Of a stretch of 64,000 nucleotides of DNA, positions 41,113 through 51,078 are shown piece after piece. The notes beneath the pieces are model-generated. The model made no database searches. It saw nothing but the letters and a program-made list of their open reading frames with translations, and was not told the DNA's origin. The stretch is taken from the NCBI GenBank assembly GCA_963833225.1, contig CAWHXD010000008.1:160001-224000 (forward strand), read 5' to 3'. A program made the translations under genes and the position numbers. Numbering within the stretch: position 1 is the first letter of the stretch; every line of letters starts with the position of its first letter. Origin of the DNA: an uncultured Chloroflexia bacterium. Its GTDB lineage: Bacteria; Chloroflexota; Limnocylindria; Limnocylindrales; CSP1-4.

Positions 41113-41917
41113 AGAGCGCCACCACCGGGCCGGCGAACAGGAACGAGTCGATCCGGTCCAGGATGCCGCCGTGGCCGGGGATCAGCGTGCCCGAGTCCTT
41201 CGCGCCGGCGGCGCGCTTGAGCATCGACTCGGCGAGGTCGCCGGCCTGCGCGGCGAGGCCCAGGAGCGGCCCAAGGAGCCCGGCGCCCAGGGGGTTCTGC
41301 CCGAGGGCGCCGAGGACCAGCCCGATCACGACGGTTGTCGCCACGAGGCCGCCTACCAGCCCCTCGATGGACTTGGCGGGCGAGATGTGCACGAGGAACT
41401 TGTGGCGCCCGATCTGGCGGCCGACGAGGTAGGCGCCCGTGTCGTAGCTCCACACGCCGAGCACCAGCAGCAGCAGCCATCCCCGCTCGGATCCGACCGG
41501 CGCAAGCAGGGCTCCGGCGGGGATCGCAGGACCCAGCGAGGCGACCTGGAGGATGACCGCGAGGAGCCCGATGTACAGCGCGCCGAACACCGTCGCGATC
41601 CAGGCCACCAGGCCGTCGCGCGGATCCGTGCGCGCGAACGCCCCGACGCCGGCGAGCACGATGCCCACGGCGATGAGGAGCACCCCCTTGTCGCCGATCA
41701 GGCCCAGGGCCGCCTCGAGCACGAACGCGACGGCGAGCGCCGTCCCCAGCAGCGGGAGCGACGGATAGCCCGCGCCCTTGAGCAGCCGGAACACCTCGAT
41801 CCCGCCGATCACCGCCACGAGCACCAGCAACGCGGCGATCGCCGCCATCCCGATCCACAGCGCCACGAGGAGCACCGGAACGAGGACGAGCGCGGAGAGG
41901 GCGCGGGTCTTGAGCAT
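41090..41917 (-). CDS. cdsA: Phosphatidate cytidylyltransferase
   Basis: 'DTGAYLVG', 'ISPAKSIEG', 'GDLAESMLKR..KDSGTLIPGHGGILDRIDS'. Confidence 0.95.
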   Translation of the reverse strand: MLKTRALSALVLVPVLLVALWIGMAAIAALLVLVAVIGGIEVFRLLKGAGYPSLPLLGTALAVAFVLEAALGLIGDKGVLLIAVGIVLAGVGAFARTDPRDGLVAWIATVFGALYIGLLAVILQVASLGPAIPAGALLAPVGSERGWLLLLVLGVWSYDTGAYLVGRQIGRHKFLVHISPAKSIEGLVGGLVATTVVIGLVLGALGQNPLGAGLLGPLLGLAAQAGDLAESMLKRAAGAKDSGTLIPGHGGILDRIDSFLFAGPVVALYVVALVG

Positions 41918-41933
41918 GGCTCCAGCCTAGCGG

Positions 41934-42746
41934 CTAGCGGCCAAAGCGGCGGGTGCGGCGGGCGAACTCGAGGAGGGCCTCGTCAAGGATCTCCGGGGTG
42001 AAGTCCGGCCACAGGCAGTCGGCGAAGTAGAGCTCCGCGTACGCGGACTGCCAGATGAGGAAGTTGCTGATCCGCTGCTCGCGGCCCGTTCGGATCATGA
42101 GGTCGGGGTCGGGCAGGCCGCCCGTGTACAGCGCCCCACTGATGGCGCCCTCGTCGATCTCGTCCGGCGCGATCCCCGACGCGGCGAGCCGCCGGAACGC
42201 GTCCACGAGCTCCGTCCGCCCCGCGTAGTTCCAGGCGACGTTCAGCTCCAGGCGCATTCCCTGGGCCGTGCGCGCGAGCGCATGCTCGATGGCGGCGCGG
42301 GTGTCGCCCGGGAGCTCGTCGAGCCGGCCCAGGAGCCGCACCCGGACGCCCTGCGCGGCGAGCTCGTCGGTCTCGCTGGCGATCGCCTTGGCCAGGAGGT
42401 CGAACAGCCCCGCGACCTCGTCGTCCGAGCGCGCCCAGTTCTCGCGGCTGAACGCGTAGATCGTGAGCATCGGGATGCCCCGGCGGACCGCGTGCTGGAG
42501 CAGGCTTCGCACCGCCTCGACCCCGGCGGCATGACCCTCGAAGTCCGGGACGCCCCGGGCTCGCGCCCAGCGCCGGTTGCCATCCATGATGATGGCCACG
42601 TGCCGGGGCAGCTCCTCCGGAGGCAGCAACGGCGCGTCGGCGGCAGGCGCCGTGACCTCCGGCGCGTCGCGCTCACCCTCGGGATCGTGGGCGAGCGGAG
42701 GGGCGTCGGTGGGTCGCGCCAGCGAACCGTCGGGCGCCTGCGCCAC
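41934..42746 (-). CDS. uppS: Undecaprenyl diphosphate synthase
   Basis: 'HVAIIMDGNRRWA', 'AFSRENW', 'RISNFLIWQSAY'. Confidence 0.96.
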   Translation of the reverse strand: MAQAPDGSLARPTDAPPLAHDPEGERDAPEVTAPAADAPLLPPEELPRHVAIIMDGNRRWARARGVPDFEGHAAGVEAVRSLLQHAVRRGIPMLTIYAFSRENWARSDDEVAGLFDLLAKAIASETDELAAQGVRVRLLGRLDELPGDTRAAIEHALARTAQGMRLELNVAWNYAGRTELVDAFRRLAASGIAPDEIDEGAISGALYTGGLPDPDLMIRTGREQRISNFLIWQSAYAELYFADCLWPDFTPEILDEALLEFARRTRRFGR

Positions 42747-43303
42747 TAGACCTCCATGACCTCCTGTTCCTTCACGTCACCCAGGCGATCGACGTCGGCC
42801 ACGGCCCGGTCCGTCAGCTTCTGGAGCGCGTCCAGCTGGCGGTGAACCTCGTCGGCTCCGAGAACCCCGTCGCGCTCCTCCTTCTTGAGGGCGTCGTTCG
42901 CCTCGCGCCGGAGATGACGGATCTCGACCCGGGCCTCCTCCATGCGCTTGTGGACGGTCTTGACGATGTCCCTGCGCCGCTCCTCGGTGAGCGGCGGGAT
43001 GTTGAGCCGGACAACCGTGCCGTCGACGTTGGGCATGATGCCGATGTCCGACTTCATGATCGCCTTCTCGATGCTCCCCAGGACACCCCGGTCCCAGGGC
43101 TGGATGACGATCTGGTGCGGCTCGGGCACGCTGATCGAGGCCAGCTGGTTGAGCGGCGTGGGTGACCCGTAGTAGTCGACATGGAGGCGCTCCACCAGGG
43201 CGGTGGAGGCGCGTCCGGTCCGCAGGCCGTGGAAGTCGCGCTCCATGGCCTCGGCCGCGCGGAGCATCTTGCGCTCCGCCTCGGCAAGGATCTCGCTGGT
43301 CAT
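42746..43303 (-). CDS. frr: Ribosome recycling factor
   Basis: 'LRTGRA', 'DYYGSPTPL', 'PPLTEERR'; 185 aa. Confidence 0.97.
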   Translation of the reverse strand: MTSEILAEAERKMLRAAEAMERDFHGLRTGRASTALVERLHVDYYGSPTPLNQLASISVPEPHQIVIQPWDRGVLGSIEKAIMKSDIGIMPNVDGTVVRLNIPPLTEERRRDIVKTVHKRMEEARVEIRHLRREANDALKKEERDGVLGADEVHRQLDALQKLTDRAVADVDRLGDVKEQEVMEV

Positions 43304-44094
43304 CTGGTGGTTCCTCCGTTGCGCGCGGAGATCAGCGTACCCACTCGATCGCCACGGGCAACCCGCGTGATGTTGTCGGGTGCGTTGAGATCGAACACCA
43401 CGATCGGCAGGTCATTCTCCATGCACAGGGAGACGGCCGCTGCGTCGAGGACCTTCAGCTGGTCCTTGAGCAGGTCGTGGTAGCTGAGCGTCTCGTACCG
43501 GCTGGCCGTGGGGTCCTGCATCGGATCCGCATCGTAGACCCCGTCGACCTTGGTGGCCTTGAGCAGCACTTCGGCGTCGATCTCCACGGCGCGCAGCGCG
43601 GCTGCCGTGTCGGTCGTGAAGTACGGGTTGCCGGTTCCGGCCACGAAGATCGTGACCCTCCCCTTCTCGAGGTGGCGCACCGCGCGTCGCCGAATGTAGG
43701 GCTCCGCGATCTCGTTCATCGCGATCGCCGACATCACGCGCGAGGGGACGCCCACACGCTCGATGGCATCCTGGAGGGCGAGGCCGTTCATCACCGTCGC
43801 CAGCATCCCGATGTAGTCGCCGGTGGCGCGGTCCATGCCGCGGGCCGACGCTGCGAGGCCCCGGAAGATGTTGCCGCCGCCGACCACGATGCCGACCTGG
43901 ACGCCCATGGCGTGGACCGCGGCGATCTGCTCGGCGACGAACACGCAGAAGGCCGGGTCGACGCCGTACTGGCGTTCGCCGAGCAGCGCCTCACCGGACA
44001 GCTTGAGCAGGATCCGGCGGTAGCGGAGCGAGCCCGGCGCGGGGGCCGTCACTGGCCCCTCACGCGGCTCGGGCTCCCGGCCCGCGTCCGTCAC
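43300..44094 (-). CDS. pyrH: UMP kinase
   Basis: '[11 protein letters not shown]', 'GGGNIFRG', 'GNPYFTTD'. Start is approximate (GTG overlapping the tsf stop). Confidence 0.96.
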   Translation of the reverse strand: MTDAGREPEPREGPVTAPAPGSLRYRRILLKLSGEALLGERQYGVDPAFCVFVAEQIAAVHAMGVQVGIVVGGGNIFRGLAASARGMDRATGDYIGMLATVMNGLALQDAIERVGVPSRVMSAIAMNEIAEPYIRRRAVRHLEKGRVTIFVAGTGNPYFTTDTAAALRAVEIDAEVLLKATKVDGVYDADPMQDPTASRYETLSYHDLLKDQLKVLDAAAVSLCMENDLPIVVFDLNAPDNITRVARGDRVGTLISARNGGTTR

Positions 44095-44687
44095 ATCTCC
44101 TCCCCGAGAGCGAAGCGCACGAAGCGGCGGACACGGATGTTCTCGCCGATCGTCGCGATCTTCTCCGTCACCAGGTCGCGGACCGTGCGGTCCTCGTCGC
44201 GGAACGGCTGCTCGAGGAGACAGACCTCCTTCTGCCACTTCGCGAACTGGCCGTCCACGATCTTCTCCCGGATGGCCTCCGGCTTGGCCTGCACGGCCTC
44301 GTCGGCCAGCAGCGCGGCCTTTCGCGCCACCTTCACGTCCTCCGGAATGCTATCCGGATCCACGTAGAGCGGGGCCAGGCCGGCGACCTGCATCGCCAGG
44401 TCCCGGACAAGCTTCTGGAACTCGTCCGTGCGAGCGACGAAGTCCGTCTCGCAGTTGACCTCGATCAGGACCCCGACCCGTCCGCCGGTGTGGATGTAGC
44501 TGGAGACGAGGCCCTCGCGGGCGTCGCGGCCGGCCTTCTTCGCGGCGGCCGCGAGGCCCCTCTCGCGAAGTTGCGCGACGGCCTTCTCCATGTCGCCGCC
44601 AGTCTCCTCCAGGGCGCGCTTGCAGTCCATCATGCCGGCGCCGGTACGCTCTCGCAGCTCCTTGACGGCCGCGGCAGTGATCGCCAT
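44091..44687 (-). CDS. tsf: Elongation factor Ts (short, 198 aa)
   Basis: '[16 protein letters not shown]', 'NCETDFVA'. Confidence 0.97.
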   Translation of the reverse strand: MAITAAAVKELRERTGAGMMDCKRALEETGGDMEKAVAQLRERGLAAAAKKAGRDAREGLVSSYIHTGGRVGVLIEVNCETDFVARTDEFQKLVRDLAMQVAGLAPLYVDPDSIPEDVKVARKAALLADEAVQAKPEAIREKIVDGQFAKWQKEVCLLEQPFRDEDRTVRDLVTEKIATIGENIRVRRFVRFALGEEM

Positions 44688-44823
44688 GTCTCGTTGTGCT
44701 CCTCGTGTCGTGGTGAGCGCGCGGCGGGGCCGCGCTGGGATGGATCGTGATGTTGCCGGGCCTCCGCCGAGTGGTCCCGACTCCGGCCGGGGCGGGTGGC
44801 TGGCCACCCCTCCCCCGTCAGGG

Positions 44824-45990
44824 TCAGCCCGCGGCCGGCGTTGCGGGATCGCCGGCGGGCGCTGCGGGCTCGGTGGACTCGGCGGCCGGCGCTGCGGGTT
44901 CGGCGGACGGGGCCGCAGGCTCAGGGGCGGGGGTCGCCTTCGCGGCAGCGGGGGCGGCCTTCGCTGCGGCAGGGGCTGCCTTGGCAGCGACGGGTGCCGC
45001 CTTCGCGGCAACCGGGGCCGCCTTCGCGGCGGCTGGGGCTGCCTTCGCAGCGGCTTGGGCTGCAGCTTCAGCGGCCGGCGCCACTGTCCCGGACGCCGCG
45101 GCATCGGCGGTTGCATCCGGCACGCGGCCGTCGCCCTTGGGGGCGCCCGGCAGCAGGTCGCCGTCGTCGAGGTCGGGGTCGAACGACAGGGTGCCGCCGG
45201 CGGCGAGCTGGGCAACGAGATCCGCGGCCGCGGCCTCGTCGAACTCGGGCTCATCGACCGAAGCCGGGAGCTCCTGCACCTCGGCCTCCGACGAGGCCCG
45301 TGCCGCGCGCTCGCGGGCGCCTTCGATCGCCGCGTCGGCGACCAGCTGGCACAGCAGCCGGATCGAGCGGATCGCGTCGTCGTTGGCGGGGATGATGTAG
45401 TCGAGCTCGTCCGGATCGACGTTGGTGTCGCCGGTGCCCACGACCGGGATCTCGAGCTTGTTCGCCTCGGTGACGGCGATCCGCTCGCGGTGCGGATCGA
45501 CGATGAAGATGACGCCGGGCGGGCGCTTCATCTTGCGGATGCCACCGAGCATCGCCTGGAGCTTGTTGAGCGTCTCGGTCAGCTGCGCGGCTTCCTTCTT
45601 CGGGAGCCGGTCGAAGTCGCCCGCCAGCTGTCGGGCTTCGAGCTGGTCCATCAGCCCGATTCGCTTCTTGATGGTCACGAAGTTGGTGAGCATGCCGCCG
45701 AGCCAGCGCTTGGTGACGTACGGCTGGCCGGCGCGGATGGCCTCCTGCATCACCGGTTCCTGGGCCTGCTTCTTGGTCCCCACGAACAGCACGGAATCGC
45801 CACGGGCGACGGTCTCGGTGACATACGTGAGCGCGGTGTCGAGACGCTTGACCGTCTGCGCCAGGTCAATGATGTGGATGCCGTTGCGCTCCGCGAAGAT
45901 GAATGGCTTCATCTTGGGGTTCCAGCGGCGAGTCTGGTGTCCGAAGTGGACACCTGCCTCCAGCAGCTGGCGCATCGAGATGGTGGGCAC
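44824..45990 (-). CDS. rpsB: 30S ribosomal protein S2 with a long Ala/Lys/Pro tail
   Basis: '[19 protein letters not shown]', 'RWLGGMLTN', 'PANDDAIRS'. GTG 45990 with a GGAGG RBS. Confidence 0.97.
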   Translation of the reverse strand: MPTISMRQLLEAGVHFGHQTRRWNPKMKPFIFAERNGIHIIDLAQTVKRLDTALTYVTETVARGDSVLFVGTKKQAQEPVMQEAIRAGQPYVTKRWLGGMLTNFVTIKKRIGLMDQLEARQLAGDFDRLPKKEAAQLTETLNKLQAMLGGIRKMKRPPGVIFIVDPHRERIAVTEANKLEIPVVGTGDTNVDPDELDYIIPANDDAIRSIRLLCQLVADAAIEGARERAARASSEAEVQELPASVDEPEFDEAAAADLVAQLAAGGTLSFDPDLDDGDLLPGAPKGDGRVPDATADAAASGTVAPAAEAAAQAAAKAAPAAAKAAPVAAKAAPVAAKAAPAAAKAAPAAAKATPAPEPAAPSAEPAAPAAESTEPAAPAGDPATPAAG

Positions 45991-46005
45991 GGGGTTGCCT
46001 CCTGC

Positions 46006-46101
46006 GGTTTGACCTCCGCGGAACCCCGTCGGGGGCCTCGTGCCGGCGCATCGGCCGGTCGTCAGGCACCGTCCCGTTCGGGTGACGATTCCGCGTGTGG
46101 G
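46006..46101 (-). ncRNA. rpsB (S2/t44-type) leader RNA
   Basis: Minus strand: CACAC-GCGGAA pairs with TTCCGC, followed by GGAGG..AAACC. This is the conserved layout of S2 leaders. Confidence 0.6.
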
Positions 46102-46169
46102 CTCCGTACCGGCGATCTGCCGGGGCGGGCTTGCCATGAGCGTGCCGCGGCCGTGCCGCGGCGGCCGGG

Positions 46170-46180
46170 AGTGTAGCACA
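46170..46180 (-). promoter_or_regulatory. Extended -10 promoter of rpsB-tsf
   Basis: TGTGCTACACT on the minus strand. Confidence 0.6.
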
Positions 46181-46246
46181 AGGCCCCGGGCCGGCCCGAG
46201 GGTCGGCCATCGGCCGCCGGGCCCCGGCAGCGGCACCGTCCATCGC

Positions 46247-46657
46247 TCAAGGGCGGATCCCGCGATGATGCCGGATCGATGGCCGGCCGTCCGGTCCGGC
46301 GTCGATCGCCACCAGGTCCACGCGGAGCTCGAGGGCCGGCAGCCTGCGACCATCTGGCAGGAGCCCGCCTTCGCGCAGGTGGCCGATCGCACGCCGCAGG
46401 GCCGCCCGCTTGCGGTGGTCCAGCGTCTCCTCCGCCAGCCCGAAGTCCCGGCGGCCGCGCCAGCGCACCTCGACGACGACCAGCGCGGCGGGCGGCCCGG
46501 GGTCGATGGCGACCACGTCGAGCTCATCGCGTCCGAGCCGCATGTTTCGAGCCAGGATCGTCCAGCCCTCGCGCTCGAGGCATGCGACCGCGAGATCCTC
46601 GCCGGCGTCCCCGGTCCGCTGCGCTGCCGTGGTCGTCCGCCGTTGCATCTCCGCCAC
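46247..46657 (-). CDS. yraN: YraN family (UPF0102) putative endonuclease
   Basis: '[28 protein letters not shown]'. Confidence 0.88.
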   Translation of the reverse strand: MAEMQRRTTTAAQRTGDAGEDLAVACLEREGWTILARNMRLGRDELDVVAIDPGPPAALVVVEVRWRGRRDFGLAEETLDHRKRAALRRAIGHLREGGLLPDGRRLPALELRVDLVAIDAGPDGRPSIRHHRGIRP

Positions 46658-46714
46658 AGCATCGTGGCACCCACTTATCGGCGGCTTACGTCCGTCGGCA
46701 GGGACGAATGGCGA

Positions 46715-47437
46715 TCAGGTCGTGGCCGCCAGCGCCTCCAGCACGAGCGTGTCGGCATCCGCGGGCTCAAGATCCAGGACGGGCACGCCATCGAACAACC
46801 CGAGCTGGTCGCCCGCGGTGAGCACTCGGAGCGCCTGCCACGACGCCCGGTGGTGCGGGGTGAGCCCGTGTGCGCGGATGGCGTCCCGGTGCTCGCGGGT
46901 CGCGTACCCCTGGTTTCGCTCCCAGCCGTACTCCGGGTAGCGAACGGCGAGCTTGGCCATCATCCGGTCACGGACGGTCTTGGCCACGACCGACGCGCAG
47001 GCGATCGAGTAGGCAAGGGCGTCACCGTCGACGATCGCGGTGTACGGCCCGACAAACCCCTCGAACTCGGCGATCCGCAGCCCGTCCACGAGCACGTGAT
47101 CGTGCCCGCCGAGACGGGCGATCGCCCGCCGCATCGCGAGATGGGTCGCGTGGTAGATGTTGAGCCGGTCGATGTCGGCGACCGACGCCGCGCCGACACC
47201 CACCGCGATGGCGCGGCGGCGGATCACGGGGGCAAGCCGCTCACGCTGCCCGGCGGACAGCGTCTTGGAGTCGCGGACGCCCGGGATCCGGTGGCAGTTG
47301 GGCGGCATGATGACGGCGGCGGCGACGACGGCCCCCGATGTCGGCGCGACACCCACCTCGTCCACCCCGGCGATCCGGGTCGCACCGGCGCGCCACAGGG
47401 GCCGTTCAAAGCGGAGGGTGGGGACGATCACGGCCAT
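46715..47437 (-). CDS. rnhB: Ribonuclease HII (atypical motif)
   Basis: 'AGVDEVG', 'RDSKTL', 'VLVDG', 'SIACASVVAKTVRD', 'GYAT', 'HHRASW'. Confidence 0.92.
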   Translation of the reverse strand: MAVIVPTLRFERPLWRAGATRIAGVDEVGVAPTSGAVVAAAVIMPPNCHRIPGVRDSKTLSAGQRERLAPVIRRRAIAVGVGAASVADIDRLNIYHATHLAMRRAIARLGGHDHVLVDGLRIAEFEGFVGPYTAIVDGDALAYSIACASVVAKTVRDRMMAKLAVRYPEYGWERNQGYATREHRDAIRAHGLTPHHRASWQALRVLTAGDQLGLFDGVPVLDLEPADADTLVLEALAATT

Positions 47438-47477
47438 CGTGAACGATCGTACCGCGCGCCATGGCAGACTCGTGGGC

Positions 47478-48308
47478 ATGACCCGTCCGTTCGCCCAGGT
47501 CGACGTCTTCACCACCGGTCCCGGGACCGGCAACCCGCTTGCCGTCGTGCTGGACGGCAGCGGGCTCTCGACAGGCGACATGCGGCGCTTCGCGCGGTGG
47601 ACGAACCTGTCCGAGACGGCGTTCGTGCTGCCACCGGACGATCCCGCCGCGGACTACCGGGTCCGGATCTTCACGCCCGACGAGGAGCTGCCGTTCGCCG
47701 GCCACCCGACCCTGGGGACGTGTCACGCGTTCCTGGAGGCCGGCGGCCAGGCCCGAGATCCCACGAGGGTGGTCCAGCAGTGCGGCGCCGGCCGCGTCAC
47801 GATCCGGCGGGACGCGGACGCGCTCGCGTTCGCCGCTCCTCCCCTCCTCCGCTCAGGGCCAGTGGACGAGGCTGACCTCGCGGCGATCGCGGCGTCCATC
47901 GGGATCGAGCGATCGGCCGTCGCGGATGCCCAGTGGGGCGACAACGGTCCAGGCTGGGTGATCGTGCTGCTCGAGAGCGCCGAGGCCGTGCTCGCGGTGC
48001 GGCCCGGCGCCGTGGCCGTGGACCTCGGAATCGTGGGCCTCTACCCGCCCGGGTCGCCGGCGGCCCTGGAGGTCCGGGCGCTCTACCCGCAGAACGGGCT
48101 CGTGGTGGAGGATCCGGTCACGGGCTCGCTCAACGCCTCGGCCGCGAGCTGGCTCATCGAATCCGGCTGGCTGGCCGCGCCGTACGTCGCGACGCAGGGC
48201 GGGGCGATCGGGCGGGCTGGGCGTGTCTCGATCACGCAGGACGCCGACGGGACGATCTGGACCGGTGGCCGGAGCGTGACGGTGGTCGCGGGCACGGTCG
48301 ACATCTGA
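47478..48308 (+). CDS. PhzF family isomerase
   Basis: 'QVDVFT..GNPLAVV', 'NLSETAF', 'ELPFAGHPTLG', 'EDPVTGS'. Confidence 0.92.
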   Translation: MTRPFAQVDVFTTGPGTGNPLAVVLDGSGLSTGDMRRFARWTNLSETAFVLPPDDPAADYRVRIFTPDEELPFAGHPTLGTCHAFLEAGGQARDPTRVVQQCGAGRVTIRRDADALAFAAPPLLRSGPVDEADLAAIAASIGIERSAVADAQWGDNGPGWVIVLLESAEAVLAVRPGAVAVDLGIVGLYPPGSPAALEVRALYPQNGLVVEDPVTGSLNASAASWLIESGWLAAPYVATQGGAIGRAGRVSITQDADGTIWTGGRSVTVVAGTVDI

Positions 48309-48345
48309 GCGGTCCACCCCGGGCGGTTCGGTCCCGGACATGGAG

Positions 48346-48370
48346 CGACCCCCGCGCCAGGCGGGGGTCG
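48346..48370. terminator. Hairpin between convergent phzF and rplS
   Basis: cgacccccgc-gccag-gcgggggtcg, perfect 10-bp stem. Confidence 0.6.
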
Positions 48371-48410
48371 GTTGCGGTTCGCGTTGTTGGGCGTGCGCCC
48401 CGCGACGAGG

Positions 48411-48755
48411 CTAGCGGCGCTCGCGGAGCGTGGTCGCGGCCTTGCCCACCCGGTTGCGCAGGAAGTACAGCTTGGCGCGCCGGACCTGTCCGTGGCGGAC
48501 GACGTCGATCTTCTCGATGCGCGGGCTGTGCAGCTTGAACGTGCGCTCGACGCCGACACCCGACGCGATCCGGCGGACCGTGATGGTCGAGGCGATGCCC
48601 GCGTTGCGCATCCGCATCACGAGGCCCTCGAAGACCTGGATGCGCTCGCGCGTGCCCTCGACGACCTTGGCCGCCACCTTGACGGTGTCCCCGGGGGTGA
48701 TCACCGGCAGGTCGGTGCGCAGCTGGTCCTGGACGATCTCGTTGAGCACGTTCAC
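48411..48755 (-). CDS. rplS: 50S ribosomal protein L19
   Basis: 'ERIQVFEG', 'GVGVERTF', '[10 protein letters not shown]'. Confidence 0.97.
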   Translation of the reverse strand: MNVLNEIVQDQLRTDLPVITPGDTVKVAAKVVEGTRERIQVFEGLVMRMRNAGIASTITVRRIASGVGVERTFKLHSPRIEKIDVVRHGQVRRAKLYFLRNRVGKAATTLRERR

Positions 48756-48849
48756 GGGTGATGGATCCTTCGTCTCGGTCGGCGGCAGCCAGGGCTGCGG
48801 AAGTCACGGGTTCCGGGCGGCGAGCCAGGAGCGGCACGGCCGACGGCGG

Positions 48850-48858
48850 AGGATAGCA
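48850..48858 (-). promoter_or_regulatory. Extended -10 promoter upstream of rplS
   Basis: TGCTATCCT on the minus strand, identical to the rpsO site. Confidence 0.5.
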
Positions 48859-48995
48859 TGCCCGTTCCGGCGAGGCGAGTCCGCGCGGGGTGGCCCCCGC
48901 GCCCCGGGAACCCCGCCACGCAGGTTTCGTCCTCCCGTGCGGGACCCGGATCGACGGCCCCGGCGTCGCCAGCTCGCGATTCGCCGCAAGGCGCG

Positions 48996-49751
48996 CTATT
49001 CGCGCTCGTCGACCTCGTCAACCTCTGCCCCCTCGGCGCGAATCTCGGCCACGAGCTTCGTCTCCTCCTTCGTCTGTGGGCGACGCTCCATCAGGTCCGG
49101 CCGGCGATCCAGCGTCCGGCGCAGGGACTCGCGCAGGCGCCATCGGCGGACCTGCTCGTGATGGCCCGATACGAGCACCGGCGGCACGGAGACGCCGTCG
49201 AACGTCGCCGGGCGCGTGTATTGCGGGTACTCCAGCAGCCCAGCCGCGAAGGATTCCTCGGTCGTGGACGCCTCGTCGATGGCCCCCGGCAACAGCCGGA
49301 GAACCGCGTCCAGGACCACGAGGGCCGCGAGCTCGCCACCCGTGAGCACGTAGTCGCCGATCGAGATCTCCAGGTCGACCATCGAGCGAACTCGCTCGTC
49401 GACACCCTCGTAGCGCGGGCAGACGAACACGAGATGGGGTCGCTCGGCCAGCTCGTGGGCGATGGCCTGCCGGAACACGGTGCCGGCCGGATCGAGGAGG
49501 ATCACGGTGGAGTCGGCTCGCCGGACGTCGGCAAGGGCCGCCGCGACGACGTCGGCCCGGAGCACCATCCCCGCTCCCCCGCCGTAGGTGTAGTCGTCAA
49601 CGGTCTGGTGACGCCCCAGGCCCCAGCGACGGAGGTCGTGGACGCGGACCTGGGCGAGGCCCTGCTCCTGGATCCGCGCCGGGATGCTCTCGGCCAGCGG
49701 CCCCTCGACCATCGGCGGGAACAGCGTCAGGACGTCGACCTCGAGCGCCAT
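48996..49751 (-). CDS. trmD: tRNA (guanine37-N1)-methyltransferase
   Basis: 'VLTLFP', '[12 protein letters not shown]', 'RYEGVDER', '[11 protein letters not shown]', 'LEYPQYTRP'. Confidence 0.97.
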   Translation of the reverse strand: MALEVDVLTLFPPMVEGPLAESIPARIQEQGLAQVRVHDLRRWGLGRHQTVDDYTYGGGAGMVLRADVVAAALADVRRADSTVILLDPAGTVFRQAIAHELAERPHLVFVCPRYEGVDERVRSMVDLEISIGDYVLTGGELAALVVLDAVLRLLPGAIDEASTTEESFAAGLLEYPQYTRPATFDGVSVPPVLVSGHHEQVRRWRLRESLRRTLDRRPDLMERRPQTKEETKLVAEIRAEGAEVDEVDERE

Positions 49752-50446
49752 CAGGCGCCGGGCGTGGGTGGGTCCGCCCTGGGCCGCGGCTTGCGCACGG
49801 GTCCCGTTCCCTTCGGGGGCTGGGCGGGCCCCTTGGGGCCACGTGGCTGCTTCTTCGGTCGCCGGTCCCGCGGCCGGACATAGGCCTCGTCCTCGACGGC
49901 GCGGGCGTCCAGGTCGAGGGCCTCGAGGTTCACGATCATCTCGCCCCGCTCGGGCGCGAGCTCGGTGACGATCCCCCGGACGCCCGGGACGTCCAGCTCG
50001 CCGCGGGGTCCGCGGACCACGAACACCTCGGCGCCCCCGGCGCGGTAGATATCGCTCACGATCCCGAGATCCTCGCCCGTCGATGAGCGGACCGAGAGGC
50101 CGACCAGCTCGTGGAAGAACCAGCGTCCGGGCTCCCGCTCCTCCGCGGGCGCATCGATCTCCAGGTACACGTCCCGGAGCGTCTCGGCCGCCTCGCGCGA
50201 TGGGAGCTCGCGGAACCGCAGCCACCAGCCCGGCCCGTCCGCGACGGGCGAGGCCTCGTCGATGGTGAACGCGGCCGTGGACCCTTCCGGGTACAGCACG
50301 GCGCCCACGGCAAACCGATCCTCGGGACGGTCCGTGAGGAGCTCGACGCGAACGTGGCCGTGCAGCCCGCGGAATCCGCGGACCAGCCCGACGGCGAGCC
50401 GCACCGGTCCGCTGCCGGACGGTGCGGTCTCGGACCCGCCGGACAC
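49751..50446 (-). CDS. rimM: Ribosome maturation factor RimM
   Basis: '[16 protein letters not shown]', '[15 protein letters not shown]'. Position between khpA and trmD. Confidence 0.9.
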   Translation of the reverse strand: MSGGSETAPSGSGPVRLAVGLVRGFRGLHGHVRVELLTDRPEDRFAVGAVLYPEGSTAAFTIDEASPVADGPGWWLRFRELPSREAAETLRDVYLEIDAPAEEREPGRWFFHELVGLSVRSSTGEDLGIVSDIYRAGGAEVFVVRGPRGELDVPGVRGIVTELAPERGEMIVNLEALDLDARAVEDEAYVRPRDRRPKKQPRGPKGPAQPPKGTGPVRKPRPRADPPTPGA

Positions 50447-50492
50447 CGTCGTGGTGTCGTCGGCAGGGCGCCTGGGAGCCAGCGCCGGCTCC

Positions 50493-50726
50493 CTAGACGA
50501 TCTCGAGGCTGACCGGTTCGCCCGTGCGGGCGGACGTCACCTTGAGCAGTGTGCGCAGCGCCTTGGCCACGCTCCCGTTGCGCCCGATGACCTTGCCCAT
50601 GTCGGACTCGGCCACGTGCAGCTCGATGATGGTGCCTTCCTCCCCGGTGACGACTTCGACCGTGACCGAATCGGGGTCGTCCACGAGGGACCTGGCGACG
50701 TACTTGACGAGATCGGCGGCTGCCAT
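50493..50726 (-). CDS. khpA: KH domain RNA-binding protein KhpA
   Basis: 'LVDDPDSV', 'DMGKVIGRNGSVAKALRTL'. Confidence 0.92.
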   Translation of the reverse strand: MAAADLVKYVARSLVDDPDSVTVEVVTGEEGTIIELHVAESDMGKVIGRNGSVAKALRTLLKVTSARTGEPVSLEIV

Positions 50727-50733
50727 CGCGGGC

Positions 50734-50988
50734 CTACTTGGCGCCCGGCAGGACGCCGGCCTGCTTGAACAGACGGCGGACGGTGTCGGACGGCTGAGCG
50801 CCCTTGGCCATCCACTCCTTGGCCTTGGCCTCGTCCACCACGAGCTCGATCGGCTCGGTGCGGGGGTTGTAGTGCCCGATGGTGTCGATGGCTCGGCCGT
50901 CCCTCGCGGAACGGCTGTCGGCGACGACCAGCCGGTACGTCGGCTGCTTGGTCGCCCCGACACGGGTCAGGCGGATGCGAACGGCCAT
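50734..50988 (-). CDS. rpsP: 30S ribosomal protein S16
   Basis: '[11 protein letters not shown]', 'RDGRAI..IGHYNP', 'GAQPSDTV'. Confidence 0.97.
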   Translation of the reverse strand: MAVRIRLTRVGATKQPTYRLVVADSRSARDGRAIDTIGHYNPRTEPIELVVDEAKAKEWMAKGAQPSDTVRRLFKQAGVLPGAK

Positions 50989-51078
50989 GTGGTGCGGTGC
51001 TCCTCCGATGGGCGGGTCCTTGGGCGGGACCCGCATGCGTGGCGATTGGGTTGGCTGGACGGTGGTCGATGGACTGGG

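Noticed and set aside
44091-44687. Short EF-Ts (198 aa) as a truncation
   Set aside because: The short dimeric EF-Ts form is well known (Thermus, cyanobacteria, Chloroflexota) and the gene ends normally.
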